Part shown: piece after piece, positions 1-8,850 of the stretch
Layout of the letters: each line of letters opens with the position of its first letter
Numbering within the stretch: the first letter of the stretch is position 1
Origin: Candidatus Hydrogenedentota bacterium
GTDB lineage: Bacteria > Hydrogenedentota > Hydrogenedentia > Hydrogenedentales > GCA-2746185
DNA: 13,926 bases
Direction: 5' to 3'
Assembly (NCBI GenBank): GCA_046583315.1
Contig: JAYGCN010000302.1
Coordinates: forward strand, 1 to 13,926
Notes under the pieces: generated by a model
Database searches by the model: none
What the model was told of the DNA's origin: nothing
The model's input: only the letters and a program-made list of their open reading frames with translations
Position numbers and translations under genes: made by a program

Positions 1-301
1 TGGCCGAATAAACTCCAATAACAAAGAATTACTCGATCTCGAATTCGGCGCCAACGACCTTCGCTTCCGCACGGAACGCAACCACATGCGTGACTTCCTC
101 GATTGCGTCAAGTCCCGCCGACAGACCATCGCCCCCGTCGAAGCCGGTCATCGTTCCGCCTCAATCGGTCACCTCAGCACCATCGCCTGCATGCTGGGCA
201 CCAAACTCGAGTGGGACGAAAAAGCCGAACGCTTCACCAACAACGATATGGCCAACCGCATGTTAAGCCGCCCCAACCGCGGCGAATGGGCGTTGGCATA
301 G
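1..301 (+). CDS. Gfo/Idh/MocA-family oxidoreductase, C-terminal part (5'-truncated by window edge)
   Basis: The frame beginning at nt 2 is open from the edge: GRINSNNKELLDLEFGANDLRFRTERNHMRDFLDCVKSRRQTIAPVEAGHRSASIGHL...KLEWDEKAERFTNNDMANRMLSRPNRGEW, stop TAG 299-301. The pattern 'H..FLDCVKSR...P.E.GHRS....HL' plus 'L.WD...E.F.....AN..L.R..R..W' is the typical C-terminus of PVC/Bacteroidota Gfo/Idh/MocA proteins. The ATG at 86 is internal. Confidence 0.85.
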   Translation, partial: GRINSNNKELLDLEFGANDLRFRTERNHMRDFLDCVKSRRQTIAPVEAGHRSASIGHLSTIACMLGTKLEWDEKAERFTNNDMANRMLSRPNRGEWALA

Positions 302-324
302 TGAAAAACTCAGGAAACAATACT

Positions 325-3300
325 TTGAAACTACTTCTACTCGTTGCAATTACTCTCAGCACATCCACCTTCGCCGCACCCATCAAAGCGCTCATCGTAG
401 ATGGCCAGAACAATCACGACTGGCGAAAAACCACGCCTGATTTGGAGCAAATTCTTCTCGATACCGATCTATTCACGGTCGATGTAGCAACCAGTCCACG
501 AGAAGGCAAAGACAACTCCGATTTCAACCCGAAATTCAAAAAATACGATGTCATTGTGCTCAACTACAACGGCGATCTTTGGAATCAGAAGACTCAAGAC
601 GCATTCGAGAATTACATCAAAAATAGCGGGGGCGTCGTTGTCGTGCATGCCGCCGATAACGCCTTCCGCGACTGGCAAGCCTACAACGAAATCATCGGCT
701 TCGGCGGCTGGGGCAATCGCAGTAAAAAATTCGGCCCCTACATCCACTGGGTCGATGGCGAACTCGTCTACGATCACGAAAGTGACGGACCCGGCGGCGG
801 CCACGAATGCTTCGCTCAATTCATCGTCGACAGCCGCGATCTCGATCACCCCATCATGCAAGACATGCCAGCACAATGGTTCCAAACCGACGAACTCTAC
901 AACTTCATGCGTGGACCCGGAAAAAACATGCACGTGCTCGCCACGGCCTACTCCAAACGTCCACGCGACAACGGCGGCAGTGGCAAACACGAACCCATGC
1001 TCTTCACCATCAAATACGGCAAGGGCGACATCTTCCACACCACCCTCGGCCACGATGTCCGCAGCCTGCGCGACAAAGGATTCCAGGTCACCTTCGCGCG
1101 CGGCGCACAATGGGCCGCCACCGGAAAAGTCACCATTCCCATCCCCAAAGGCATGCCCGCCGTGCTCAAACCCAACGAAGCCATCCGCACCTTCGACGGA
1201 ATCACATCCGCCGTGCCCCTCGTCGATTTGTACACACAACTTTCGGAAGCATCAGGCGATCCCGCAAAGCTGGCTGCCCTTGAACAAGACCTCGTCAGCA
1301 TCCTCTCCGATTCCCAAGCAACCCTTCTCGGCGTTCAAGCCGCCTGCGACGGACTCGGACTCATCGGCACCGAAAAAGCCGTACCTGAACTCGCAAAATT
1401 GCTTACCGCATCACCCGAATACTCCGACGCCGCACGCCTCGCACTGGAACGAATCGATCACCTTGATGCTGGAGCAGTCCTGATCAACGCACTCGACGAA
1501 ATCAGCGACGGAAACAGAGCAGGACTCATCAACAGCCTCGGAAAACGTCGCGAAGCCGCCGCCATTCCGCCACTTACCAAGATCGCCCAAGGCAATAACA
1601 TCCCGGATTCCGACGCAGCAGTCCGTTCCCTTGGTCGTATCGGCTCCAAAAAATCAATGGACGCGCTGTACTCGCTCGGGCGTACCGACATTTCCGTGCT
1701 CAAGGCTGTTACTCAATGCGCCATGGGATTACTCGAGGCCGGCGACACCGAACAAGCCGCCTCAATATTCCAATCCGTCCTCGATTCGCACAGCGCCACA
1801 CCCGCTCTGCGCAACGCCGCCCTCAACGGTTACATCTCCGCCGATCCCGAAAACGGCATGCTCGAAGTGTGGGTACGCCTCGCCAGTCCCCTCACCTCCG
1901 CATCCGCCCGATCCATTCTGGGTGCGCTACCCGTCGAAGAAGACATCGTGCGCGAAATCGCTGACCACCTCGACGACATCCCCGTCGAACAACAAATTGA
2001 ACTTCTCCCCTTACTCGCGGGCATGGGGCACAAGGCCGCACTGCCGGAAATCCTGCGCCTCGCAAAGTCCGGACCAACAATTCAACTACGCCAATCCGCC
2101 GTCTCAGCCCTCGCGAAAATTCCGGGAAACGAAGACTCCGTTCACTTTCTGGCTGACACTGCAGTCAGTGGCCGATCCGAGCTCCGCGATTCCGCTCATG
2201 CGGCTCTGATTCGTTCACCAGGCTCCGCCGTAGACGATGCGGTCATCGCTGGCATTGACAACACAGATCGCTCGCACAAGCTCGAATACATAAACGTAGC
2301 CTCGGCACGTCGTCTGTCGGGAGCAAACCCTACGCTGCTGACCCTCGTTGCCTCTGACAACGAAGAGATTCGAATCGCTTCACTGAATGCGCTCACCATC
2401 ATCGGTGGCACGACCGAATATCCAAGACTGCTGACACTCGTCTCCGCCGTTCCCGAACCGGAACTCGCGACAATGGTCAAAGCCATTCGTCACGCGGGTG
2501 CTGCGCTCAACAACCAACGCGATCGCTTCACCGCCTACTCCACGACCATCGAACACAACAAGGCACCTGTACAATCCGCTCTGCTCCCCGGACTCGTCGA
2601 CATGCCCAGCGCAAACTCTGTCGCCCTTGCAAAACACTACGCGCAGGATAAAACAACAGCCGTCCGCGAGGCCGCCATCGAAACCCTCGCCAACTGGCCC
2701 AACGAATCATCCATCACTACTCTGCTCGATCTGGCCGAAGATGCCAAATCGAATGAGACACGTACGCAACTCATGACCGCCTTCAGCACAGCCATCCGAA
2801 AGGCCTCCGAATCCTCCATCGACACCCAACTGATTCAATGCGAACGCGCCCTCAACATCGGACTCGACCTCGAAGGCAAACGCGTACTCCTCGCGACCAT
2901 TCGAAACATTAAAGACCTTCGCTCACTCACCCTGCTCGAAACCCTCGCCGAAGATCCTGCACTCGAAGAAGAAGCCCGCGCCGCCATGCCCGCAATAAAA
3001 GTCGCCCTGCTCGAAGCCCCCGCCCTCGACGCATCCCATGGCAAACGACAACTCGCACGCGCGGTGGACGGCGATCCCAATACCCGCTGGTCTACAGGCA
3101 CTTCCATGAAACCCGGCATGTGGCTCATGATCAACCTGCGCATGCCAACCACCATCTCCGGCATAACCCTCGACACCACGAAATCCAGCGGCGACTACCC
3201 ACGCGGTTACGATGTCTACATTTCAGACACCTCCGACAATCGCGGAACAAAAGTCGCTTCCGGAAAAGGCACAAAACCCATCACGACCATCAAACTCGAC

Positions 3301-3411
3301 AAACCCGTCAAAGGACAATACATTACCGTCGTCCAGACCGGCTCAAACGGCCTGTACTGGTCCATCCACGAACTCAGCGTCGATCACATGCCGGATAATT
3401 TCGTCGAATAG
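325..3411 (+). CDS. Secreted multidomain protein: ThuA-like (class I glutamine amidotransferase-like) domain + HEAT/PBS-lyase-like repeats + C-terminal F5/8 type C (discoidin/CBM32-like) domain
   Basis: Likely start is TTG 325, with AGGA at 312-315, giving signal peptide MKLLLLVAITLSTSTFA-AP. The alternative is GTG 301, overlapping the upstream TAG. ThuA motifs: LIVDGQNNHDW, GGVVVVHAA, DELY, GDIFHTTLGH, RGAQWAATG. Repeated HEAT-like helices (ARLALERI, LINSLGKRR, AVRSLGRIG, AVREAAIETLANW). C-terminal AVDGDPNTRWST...W..I.L...I..I.LD...DYPRGYDV...WSIHEL is F5/8C-like. Confidence 0.85.
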   Translation: MKLLLLVAITLSTSTFAAPIKALIVDGQNNHDWRKTTPDLEQILLDTDLFTVDVATSPREGKDNSDFNPKFKKYDVIVLNYNGDLWNQKTQDAFENYIKNSGGVVVVHAADNAFRDWQAYNEIIGFGGWGNRSKKFGPYIHWVDGELVYDHESDGPGGGHECFAQFIVDSRDLDHPIMQDMPAQWFQTDELYNFMRGPGKNMHVLATAYSKRPRDNGGSGKHEPMLFTIKYGKGDIFHTTLGHDVRSLRDKGFQVTFARGAQWAATGKVTIPIPKGMPAVLKPNEAIRTFDGITSAVPLVDLYTQLSEASGDPAKLAALEQDLVSILSDSQATLLGVQAACDGLGLIGTEKAVPELAKLLTASPEYSDAARLALERIDHLDAGAVLINALDEISDGNRAGLINSLGKRREAAAIPPLTKIAQGNNIPDSDAAVRSLGRIGSKKSMDALYSLGRTDISVLKAVTQCAMGLLEAGDTEQAASIFQSVLDSHSATPALRNAALNGYISADPENGMLEVWVRLASPLTSASARSILGALPVEEDIVREIADHLDDIPVEQQIELLPLLAGMGHKAALPEILRLAKSGPTIQLRQSAVSALAKIPGNEDSVHFLADTAVSGRSELRDSAHAALIRSPGSAVDDAVIAGIDNTDRSHKLEYINVASARRLSGANPTLLTLVASDNEEIRIASLNALTIIGGTTEYPRLLTLVSAVPEPELATMVKAIRHAGAALNNQRDRFTAYSTTIEHNKAPVQSALLPGLVDMPSANSVALAKHYAQDKTTAVREAAIETLANWPNESSITTLLDLAEDAKSNETRTQLMTAFSTAIRKASESSIDTQLIQCERALNIGLDLEGKRVLLATIRNIKDLRSLTLLETLAEDPALEEEARAAMPAIKVALLEAPALDASHGKRQLARAVDGDPNTRWSTGTSMKPGMWLMINLRMPTTISGITLDTTKSSGDYPRGYDVYISDTSDNRGTKVASGKGTKPITTIKLDKPVKGQYITVVQTGSNGLYWSIHELSVDHMPDNFVE

Positions 3412-3472
3412 AATACTCGTCGCGCAATAATAACGCAGGATCATTCGACTTTTGCTCCAAGTTGCGATACGT

Positions 3473-3478
3473 TATACT
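3473..3478 (+). promoter_or_regulatory. Putative sigma70 -10 element (TATACT) upstream of the DUF1553 gene
   Basis: TATACT at 3473-3478 in the AT-rich intergenic gap. The -35 is weak (TTGCTC 3452-3457, only a 15-nt spacer). ATG 3486 starts 7 nt after the hexamer. Confidence 0.4.
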
Positions 3479-3485
3479 GAATGAT

Positions 3486-6326
3486 ATGAGAAGCAGCCTG
3501 ATAAAATTCGCCCCATCGATTACGTCGCTTTTCACAGCGATAAGTGCCGTGTTGTACACCGTCTCCCCGACACACGCAGCCTCCAACCAGCATTTTGAAA
3601 CCAACATTCGCCCGGTTCTCGCCGAACACTGCCACTCCTGTCACGGAGCCGATGCCTACGAGAGTAATCTGCGACTCCACACCGCCAGCGATTTCGATCA
3701 AGCCCTCTCCCGTGGAACCCTGCTCCCCGGAGATGATGGAAGTCTCGGCCTGCTACAATCCGTGCTGACCAACCGAACCGATTTCAATCATCACCCAATC
3801 ACGCTATCCGATAACGAACTTGATAATCTTCTCTACTGGATAGGACACGGCGCTCCCTGGCCAGAAACGGCCGGCACGACCATCGTTTCATCCATGGCGG
3901 AGTTCATAGAAGAGGCAAAATCGGAGCATTGGGCATTTCAACCCTTACGCGGTTCCTCCAGCCCGGAATCCGACCGAAATCCCATCGACTCATTCGTTCT
4001 GTCAAAGCTAGACGACGAGGGACTCAAACCATCGCCACAAGCCGATCCACAAAGCCTCATTCGAAGAATTCATTACGACCTCACCGGTCTGCCACCAACC
4101 TACGATCAGACAATCGCCTTCGTCGCCGACCACTCACCAAAAACCATCGAAAGTGTCATTGATGAGCTACTCGCCTCACCTCACTACGGCGAACGCTGGG
4201 GCCGTTACTGGCTCGACGTTGCACGCTACAGCGACACCAAAGGATTCGGACGAGAACTCGACCAATACTTCTCTTTTCCCCATACCTACCGCGACTACAT
4301 TATCCGCTCCTTCAACGAAGACCTGCCCATAAATGAATTCATCCTGCAGCAACTCGCCGCCGACCAACTCGCTCTCGGCGACGACCCACGTCCACTCGCA
4401 GCATTAGGCTTCATCACCATCGGTCGACAATTCCCCGGTGATCGCAATGCCACCCTCGACGATCAGATCGACGTGGTCACGCGCGGACTGCAGGGCCTCA
4501 CCGTTAGTTGCGCGCGATGCCACGATCACAAATTCGATCCCATCCCTACGGCCGATTATTACTCCCTCTACGGCGTGTTTCGAAGCTCGCACCAACCCTC
4601 AGCACTCCCACTCATCGAGACCCCGGACGAATCTTCTGACGACTACCAAGTCTACAAGGCTGAACTCGATAAACGCGTAAAGGCACGGGACGATCTCCTC
4701 GACTCCCTGACCGATGAACAAAAGAACGAGCCTGAAACAAAGAAAAAGATTAGTGCCCGTGAAACCTCCATCACCCAACACATCAACACGCACCCCGCAC
4801 GTCCTGATCGCGCCATGATTCTCGCCGATACCACCCCGCTCTTCGACCCCTACATCTTCTTACGAGGCAAAGAAGGCCAGAAAGGAGATGCCGTCCCTCG
4901 AAGATTCCTCTCTGTCCTCAGCGAAAGCACCGATTCCCCCTTCACGCACGGAAGCGGACGCCTCGATCTCGCAAAAGCCATCATCTCCGAAGACAACCCC
5001 CTAACAGCGCGTGTATTCGTCAACCGCATCTGGATGCACCACTTCGGCCAAGCCCTCGTCGGCACCCCCAGTGACTTCGGATACCAGGGCGAACGTCCCA
5101 CACACCCCGAGTTACTCGACTATCTCGCATCAACCTTCATGGACGATGGATGGTCCCTCAAAAAACTCCACAAACGAATCATGCTTTCCAACACCTACCT
5201 GCAAAGCAGCGCGCAATCCCCCGAATCCATCAACATCGATCCAGAAAACAAACTGCTCTGGCACCATAAACGCCGCCGTCTCGATTTCGAAGCCACCCGC
5301 GATTCGCTGCTCGTCGCATCGGGCCAACTTGACCGGACTCTCGGCGGGCATTCCCAAGACATTACGAAATCTCCTTATTCGAATCGCCGCGCCGTGTACG
5401 CCGAAATCGATCGCCAAAATCTCCCCACCCTATTCGCTACTTTCGACTTCCCCACGCCCGGCGCGCACAGTGCCCGTCGATTTGAGACGACTGTGCCACA
5501 ACAATCGCTCTACATGATGAACAACCCCTTCGTCGCCGAACGAGCACGCGCCATCGCAACGAACTCCTACACGCAAGAACCCGAATCAACAGAAGAACGC
5601 ATTCACGCCATCTACCGCGACGTGTTTTCCCGCGATGCCTCAGCCGATGAAATTGAAAGAGGACTGACCTTCATAAACGACCTGCGCGACCTTCCACCTC
5701 TCAAACTTGTAATGCCCCCCGAAGATTCAGATTGGCTCTACGGCTATGGAGAAATCGACGAAGAGAACGGGCAAACGAAAACCTTCAGCGAATTCCCCTA
5801 CTGGAACGGGGAAGCCTACCAAGGCGACGAAGCCTGGCCCGAAGGAGACGGCGGCTGGGCGCAACTCCTCAAACACGGCGGACACCCCGGCGACGAAACC
5901 CATGCCGTCATCCGTCGCTGGACCTCCCCCGTCAATTCCACCATCTCCTTCATCGGCGAACTCCACCACTTCTCCTCCGTTGGCAACGGCATCAAGGCCT
6001 ACATCATCTCCAGCCGCGAAGGCATTATCTGGTCCGGTCAAGTCCAGGACGACTTCATCATGACCGAGTTCCAAGGCCATCCCATACAAAAAGGCGACAC
6101 CGTCGACCTCATCGTAGCCAGCAACGGCCTGGAAGCCGAAGACAAATTCCGCTGGCACCCGCGACTCTACCTCTCAGGAGAAGACGCCACCCAATACCCC
6201 AAACAAGACTGGCTCACCCGCTTTGACTTCAAAGGCCCGGCCCCGGCTGCCCCGGAACCCCTCGATCCCTGGGCCCAATACGCCCAGGTCCTGCTCATGA
6301 GCAACGAATTCGTAACCATCGACTAG
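3486..6326 (+). CDS. Planctomycete cytochrome c (PSCyt1) + DUF1549 (PSCyt2) + DUF1553 (PSD1) domain protein
   Basis: N-terminal signal-like segment ending THA-A. PSCyt1: FETNIRPVLAEHCHSCHG (CxxCH at 3630-3644)...WIGHGAPWP. DUF1549: HWAFQP, NPIDSFV, RRIHYDLTGLPPT, YGERWGRYWLDVARYSDT, SCARCHDHKFDPIPTADYY (CxxCH at 4509-4523). DUF1553: RLDLAKAI...NPLTARVFVNRIWMHHFG, PTHPELLDYLA, RRLDFEATRDSLL, QSLYMMNNPF, LLMSNEF. ATG 3486 is preferred to TTG 3462. Confidence 0.92.
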   Translation: MRSSLIKFAPSITSLFTAISAVLYTVSPTHAASNQHFETNIRPVLAEHCHSCHGADAYESNLRLHTASDFDQALSRGTLLPGDDGSLGLLQSVLTNRTDFNHHPITLSDNELDNLLYWIGHGAPWPETAGTTIVSSMAEFIEEAKSEHWAFQPLRGSSSPESDRNPIDSFVLSKLDDEGLKPSPQADPQSLIRRIHYDLTGLPPTYDQTIAFVADHSPKTIESVIDELLASPHYGERWGRYWLDVARYSDTKGFGRELDQYFSFPHTYRDYIIRSFNEDLPINEFILQQLAADQLALGDDPRPLAALGFITIGRQFPGDRNATLDDQIDVVTRGLQGLTVSCARCHDHKFDPIPTADYYSLYGVFRSSHQPSALPLIETPDESSDDYQVYKAELDKRVKARDDLLDSLTDEQKNEPETKKKISARETSITQHINTHPARPDRAMILADTTPLFDPYIFLRGKEGQKGDAVPRRFLSVLSESTDSPFTHGSGRLDLAKAIISEDNPLTARVFVNRIWMHHFGQALVGTPSDFGYQGERPTHPELLDYLASTFMDDGWSLKKLHKRIMLSNTYLQSSAQSPESINIDPENKLLWHHKRRRLDFEATRDSLLVASGQLDRTLGGHSQDITKSPYSNRRAVYAEIDRQNLPTLFATFDFPTPGAHSARRFETTVPQQSLYMMNNPFVAERARAIATNSYTQEPESTEERIHAIYRDVFSRDASADEIERGLTFINDLRDLPPLKLVMPPEDSDWLYGYGEIDEENGQTKTFSEFPYWNGEAYQGDEAWPEGDGGWAQLLKHGGHPGDETHAVIRRWTSPVNSTISFIGELHHFSSVGNGIKAYIISSREGIIWSGQVQDDFIMTEFQGHPIQKGDTVDLIVASNGLEAEDKFRWHPRLYLSGEDATQYPKQDWLTRFDFKGPAPAAPEPLDPWAQYAQVLLMSNEFVTID

Positions 6327-6331
6327 AACCC

Positions 6332-6360
6332 TTGCCAGAAAACCTTATCAGCGATATACT
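6332..6360 (+). promoter_or_regulatory. Putative sigma70 promoter for the DUF1501 gene
   Basis: TTGCCA (6332-6337), 17-nt spacer, TATACT (6355-6360). Both hexamers match consensus at 5/6 and lie in the 67-nt gap before ATG 6394. Confidence 0.65.
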
Positions 6361-6393
6361 AAACATACTTGGAACAGAGCTGGAAACGATGCA

Positions 6394-7821
6394 ATGCACA
6401 AATACGAAAAAGTAGAAGACTTCATTCTCAATCGACGCGAATTCCTCCAACGATCCGGCATGGGATTCGGCGCGCTGGGATACGCCCTCACAAGCGGATT
6501 GACCGCAGACGCCTCCTCCATCGCATCCCATACGCCCAAAGCACCCCACTTCCCCGCAAAAGCCAAACGCGTCATCCACATTTTCCTCAACGGCGGCCTC
6601 TCCCACGTCGACTCCTTCGATCCAAAACCCGCGCTCGAAAAATATGCCGGCAAAGAGCTCCCCTCCTCCTACGAAACCGAACGCAAAACCGGCGGCGGAT
6701 TCCCCTCCCAATTCAAATTCAACAAACACGGCGAAAGCGGCATCGAAGTCAGCGAACTCTTCCCGAAACTCGCCGAATGCGTTGACGACATCTGCTTCAT
6801 CCGCTCCATGCACACCAACATTCCCGCCCACGGCCCCTCCATGCTCATGATGAATTGCGGCGACAATCAACTCTCCCGACCCAGCGTCGGCTCATGGGTC
6901 ACCTACGGCCTCGGCACCGAAAACCAAAATCTCCCCGGCTTCGTCACCATGTGCCCCGGCGGATTCCCCACGGGCGAATCCCAAAACTGGCAAGCCGGAT
7001 TCCTGCCCAGCCCCTTCCAGGGAAGTTACGTCGACAGTCAATACCAGAACGTCGAGAAACTCGTGCGCAACATCAAGAGCCACTACACATCAAAAGAAAG
7101 CCAGCGCAAACAACTCGACCTGCTGTCCGAACTCAATTACGCCCACCGGAAAAAACGTCAGGACGATGCCGCTCTCGAAGGTCGCATTCAATCCTACGAA
7201 CTCGCCTACCGCATGCAGTTCGAAGCCACCGACGCCTTCGACATCACGCGCGAACCTGAATACATTCGCGAACTCTACGGCAACAGCGTACAATCCCGCC
7301 AAATGCTCATCGCGAGACGTCTACTCGAACGCGGCGTACGATTCATCCAACTCTGGCACGGCCCCGGGCAACCTTGGGACAGCCACGACGACGTGCGCGA
7401 ACAACACAAACGCCTGAGCGGACAATGCGATCAGGGCATTGCCGCCTTACTCAAAGACCTCAAGCAACGCGGCATGCTCGACGACACTCTCGTGCTCTGC
7501 ACCGGCGAATTCGGGCGCACTCCCACCGTCGAAATCGCCGAAGAAGGCATCAGCGTCGCCAAAGGAAACGGGCGCGATCACAATCACCACGGCTTCACCG
7601 CATGGATGGCCGGCGGCGGAATCAAAGGCGGACACGTACACGGCGCCACCGACGAATTCGGATTCAAAGCAGTTGAGAATCCCGTTCACGTACACGATCT
7701 CCACGCCACCATTCTCAACCAACTCGGATTCGACCACGAACGCCTCACCTATCGCCACGCCGGACGCGATTTCCGACTGACCGACGTCGAAGGCAACGTC
7801 ATCCACGACATCATCGCCTAG
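6394..7821 (+). CDS. DUF1501 domain protein (alkaline phosphatase/sulfatase-like superfamily) with twin-arginine signal
   Basis: Tat motif NRREFLQRSGMGFGALG. Family motifs: AKAKRVIHIFLNGGLSHVDSFDPKP, PSVGSWVTYGLGTENQNLPGFV, ARRLLERGVRFIQ, WDSH, LLKDLKQRGMLDDTLV..GEFGRTP, GRDHN, MAGGGIKGG..HGATDEFG, VHDLHATIL..LG.DHERLTY...GRDFRLTDV. It is the usual partner of DUF1549/DUF1553 genes. Confidence 0.93.
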   Translation: MHKYEKVEDFILNRREFLQRSGMGFGALGYALTSGLTADASSIASHTPKAPHFPAKAKRVIHIFLNGGLSHVDSFDPKPALEKYAGKELPSSYETERKTGGGFPSQFKFNKHGESGIEVSELFPKLAECVDDICFIRSMHTNIPAHGPSMLMMNCGDNQLSRPSVGSWVTYGLGTENQNLPGFVTMCPGGFPTGESQNWQAGFLPSPFQGSYVDSQYQNVEKLVRNIKSHYTSKESQRKQLDLLSELNYAHRKKRQDDAALEGRIQSYELAYRMQFEATDAFDITREPEYIRELYGNSVQSRQMLIARRLLERGVRFIQLWHGPGQPWDSHDDVREQHKRLSGQCDQGIAALLKDLKQRGMLDDTLVLCTGEFGRTPTVEIAEEGISVAKGNGRDHNHHGFTAWMAGGGIKGGHVHGATDEFGFKAVENPVHVHDLHATILNQLGFDHERLTYRHAGRDFRLTDVEGNVIHDIIA

Positions 7822-7825
7822 CGAA

Positions 7826-8737
7826 TCACTCGATCCCCAGTTCCACCGTCAGCCCCGGAATATTCTCTTCCAATCGATCCGCTCCCTCACGCGTAATCTG
7901 CGATCCCCACGCATAAACCTTTTTCAGATGATTCAAATCACCAAGAAAATTCAACCCGTCATCCGTCACCTGCGTCCGAATAAGATTCAGCGTCTCAATA
8001 TGCTCCAACCCCTCCAAATGTGCGATTCCCTCGTCCCCGATCCGCGTCCCGCCCAAATCCAAATTGGTGAGCTTGGAAAGTGACTTCAAACGCGACAACC
8101 CGTCATCCGATATTTGTGAATTCGCCAGTCCCAGACTCGTCACATGCCCTGCCAGGGGCGACAGTAAATCCAAATGACTATCCTCGACCACAACCTCGGC
8201 CCGTTCAAAACCGATACGTACAAGTTGATTATCGTCCGCCAAAGGCACCGCCACGATTCCGAGTTCCCGAAGCGCATCCATCGCATCCACCGACGCCGAC
8301 TCAACCCCTTCTGCCAACGATGCAAGATGCGCATCCCGATCCCTGCGAATCACGATCACCTCAGGAACAACCCACCCCTCGGAGTCCGCCCCCCCATCCA
8401 GCCAACTCCGAAGTAATTCCAGTTCCTCCGCAGACAACCGCTCCCTCTTTTTCGGCATATACCCATCGTCATCATCCTTTAATGTGACCATTTCATAGAT
8501 CAAACTCTCTGACGAATCCCCATCCCCCAACAGCTCCCCATCCGACAACCATTCCAGGTCATCAAAACGAAGGCCCTCCTTCTGCTTCTCAGGCCCATGG
8601 CACTCCACACACCGTTTCTCGAAAATTGGCCATATTTTCTCCGCAAAATCGATGGTACTCGTATAACTATTCGTCGAAAGACCAATTAAGGGAGTCAAGA
8701 GCACGAATAATCGACCTATTTTAAAGAATGTATGCAT
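7826..8737 (-). CDS. Secreted planctomycete-type cytochrome c domain + leucine-rich-repeat protein
   Basis: ATG at 8737 with AGGTGG 7 nt upstream. Hydrophobic N-terminus, then IDFAEKIWPIFEKRCVECHG (CxxCH)...YMPKK..RLSAEELELLRSWLDGGA. C-terminal LRRs: VTSLGLANSQISDDGL, LTNLDLGGTRIGDEGI, IETLNLIRTQVTDDGL, LKKVYAWGSQITREG. Convergent with DUF1501, 4 nt apart. Confidence 0.85.
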   Translation of the reverse strand: MHTFFKIGRLFVLLTPLIGLSTNSYTSTIDFAEKIWPIFEKRCVECHGPEKQKEGLRFDDLEWLSDGELLGDGDSSESLIYEMVTLKDDDDGYMPKKRERLSAEELELLRSWLDGGADSEGWVVPEVIVIRRDRDAHLASLAEGVESASVDAMDALRELGIVAVPLADDNQLVRIGFERAEVVVEDSHLDLLSPLAGHVTSLGLANSQISDDGLSRLKSLSKLTNLDLGGTRIGDEGIAHLEGLEHIETLNLIRTQVTDDGLNFLGDLNHLKKVYAWGSQITREGADRLEENIPGLTVELGIE

Positions 8738-8850
8738 TTCACTACCACCTACACCGAAACCCACCTAAGTCCAGTGTATACTTGATCTTTCCGACCACGT
8801 CCGCTAGATTACTGAGGGCTGTTTTGCTACATAGTAGCATTTTTAGTATT

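Noticed and set aside
103..300. N-terminal extension of the 1102-aa ORF from ATG 103
   Set aside because: It overlaps the Gfo/Idh/MocA 3' end in another frame and reads as Arg/His/Pro-rich off-frame sequence. The signal peptide starts at 301/325.
469..7806. Many alternative-frame and antisense ORFs (e.g. 469-1239 -, 548-1483 +, 6295-6870 -, 7447-7806 -)
   Set aside because: They are shadows of well-supported genes, produced by strong codon bias, and have no recognisable motifs.
8825..8839. Inverted repeat TGCTAC-ATA-GTAGCA followed by a T run
   Set aside because: With 6-bp arms it is too weak for a terminator, and no + strand gene ends here. It could be an operator, but there is no second copy or regulator to support that.
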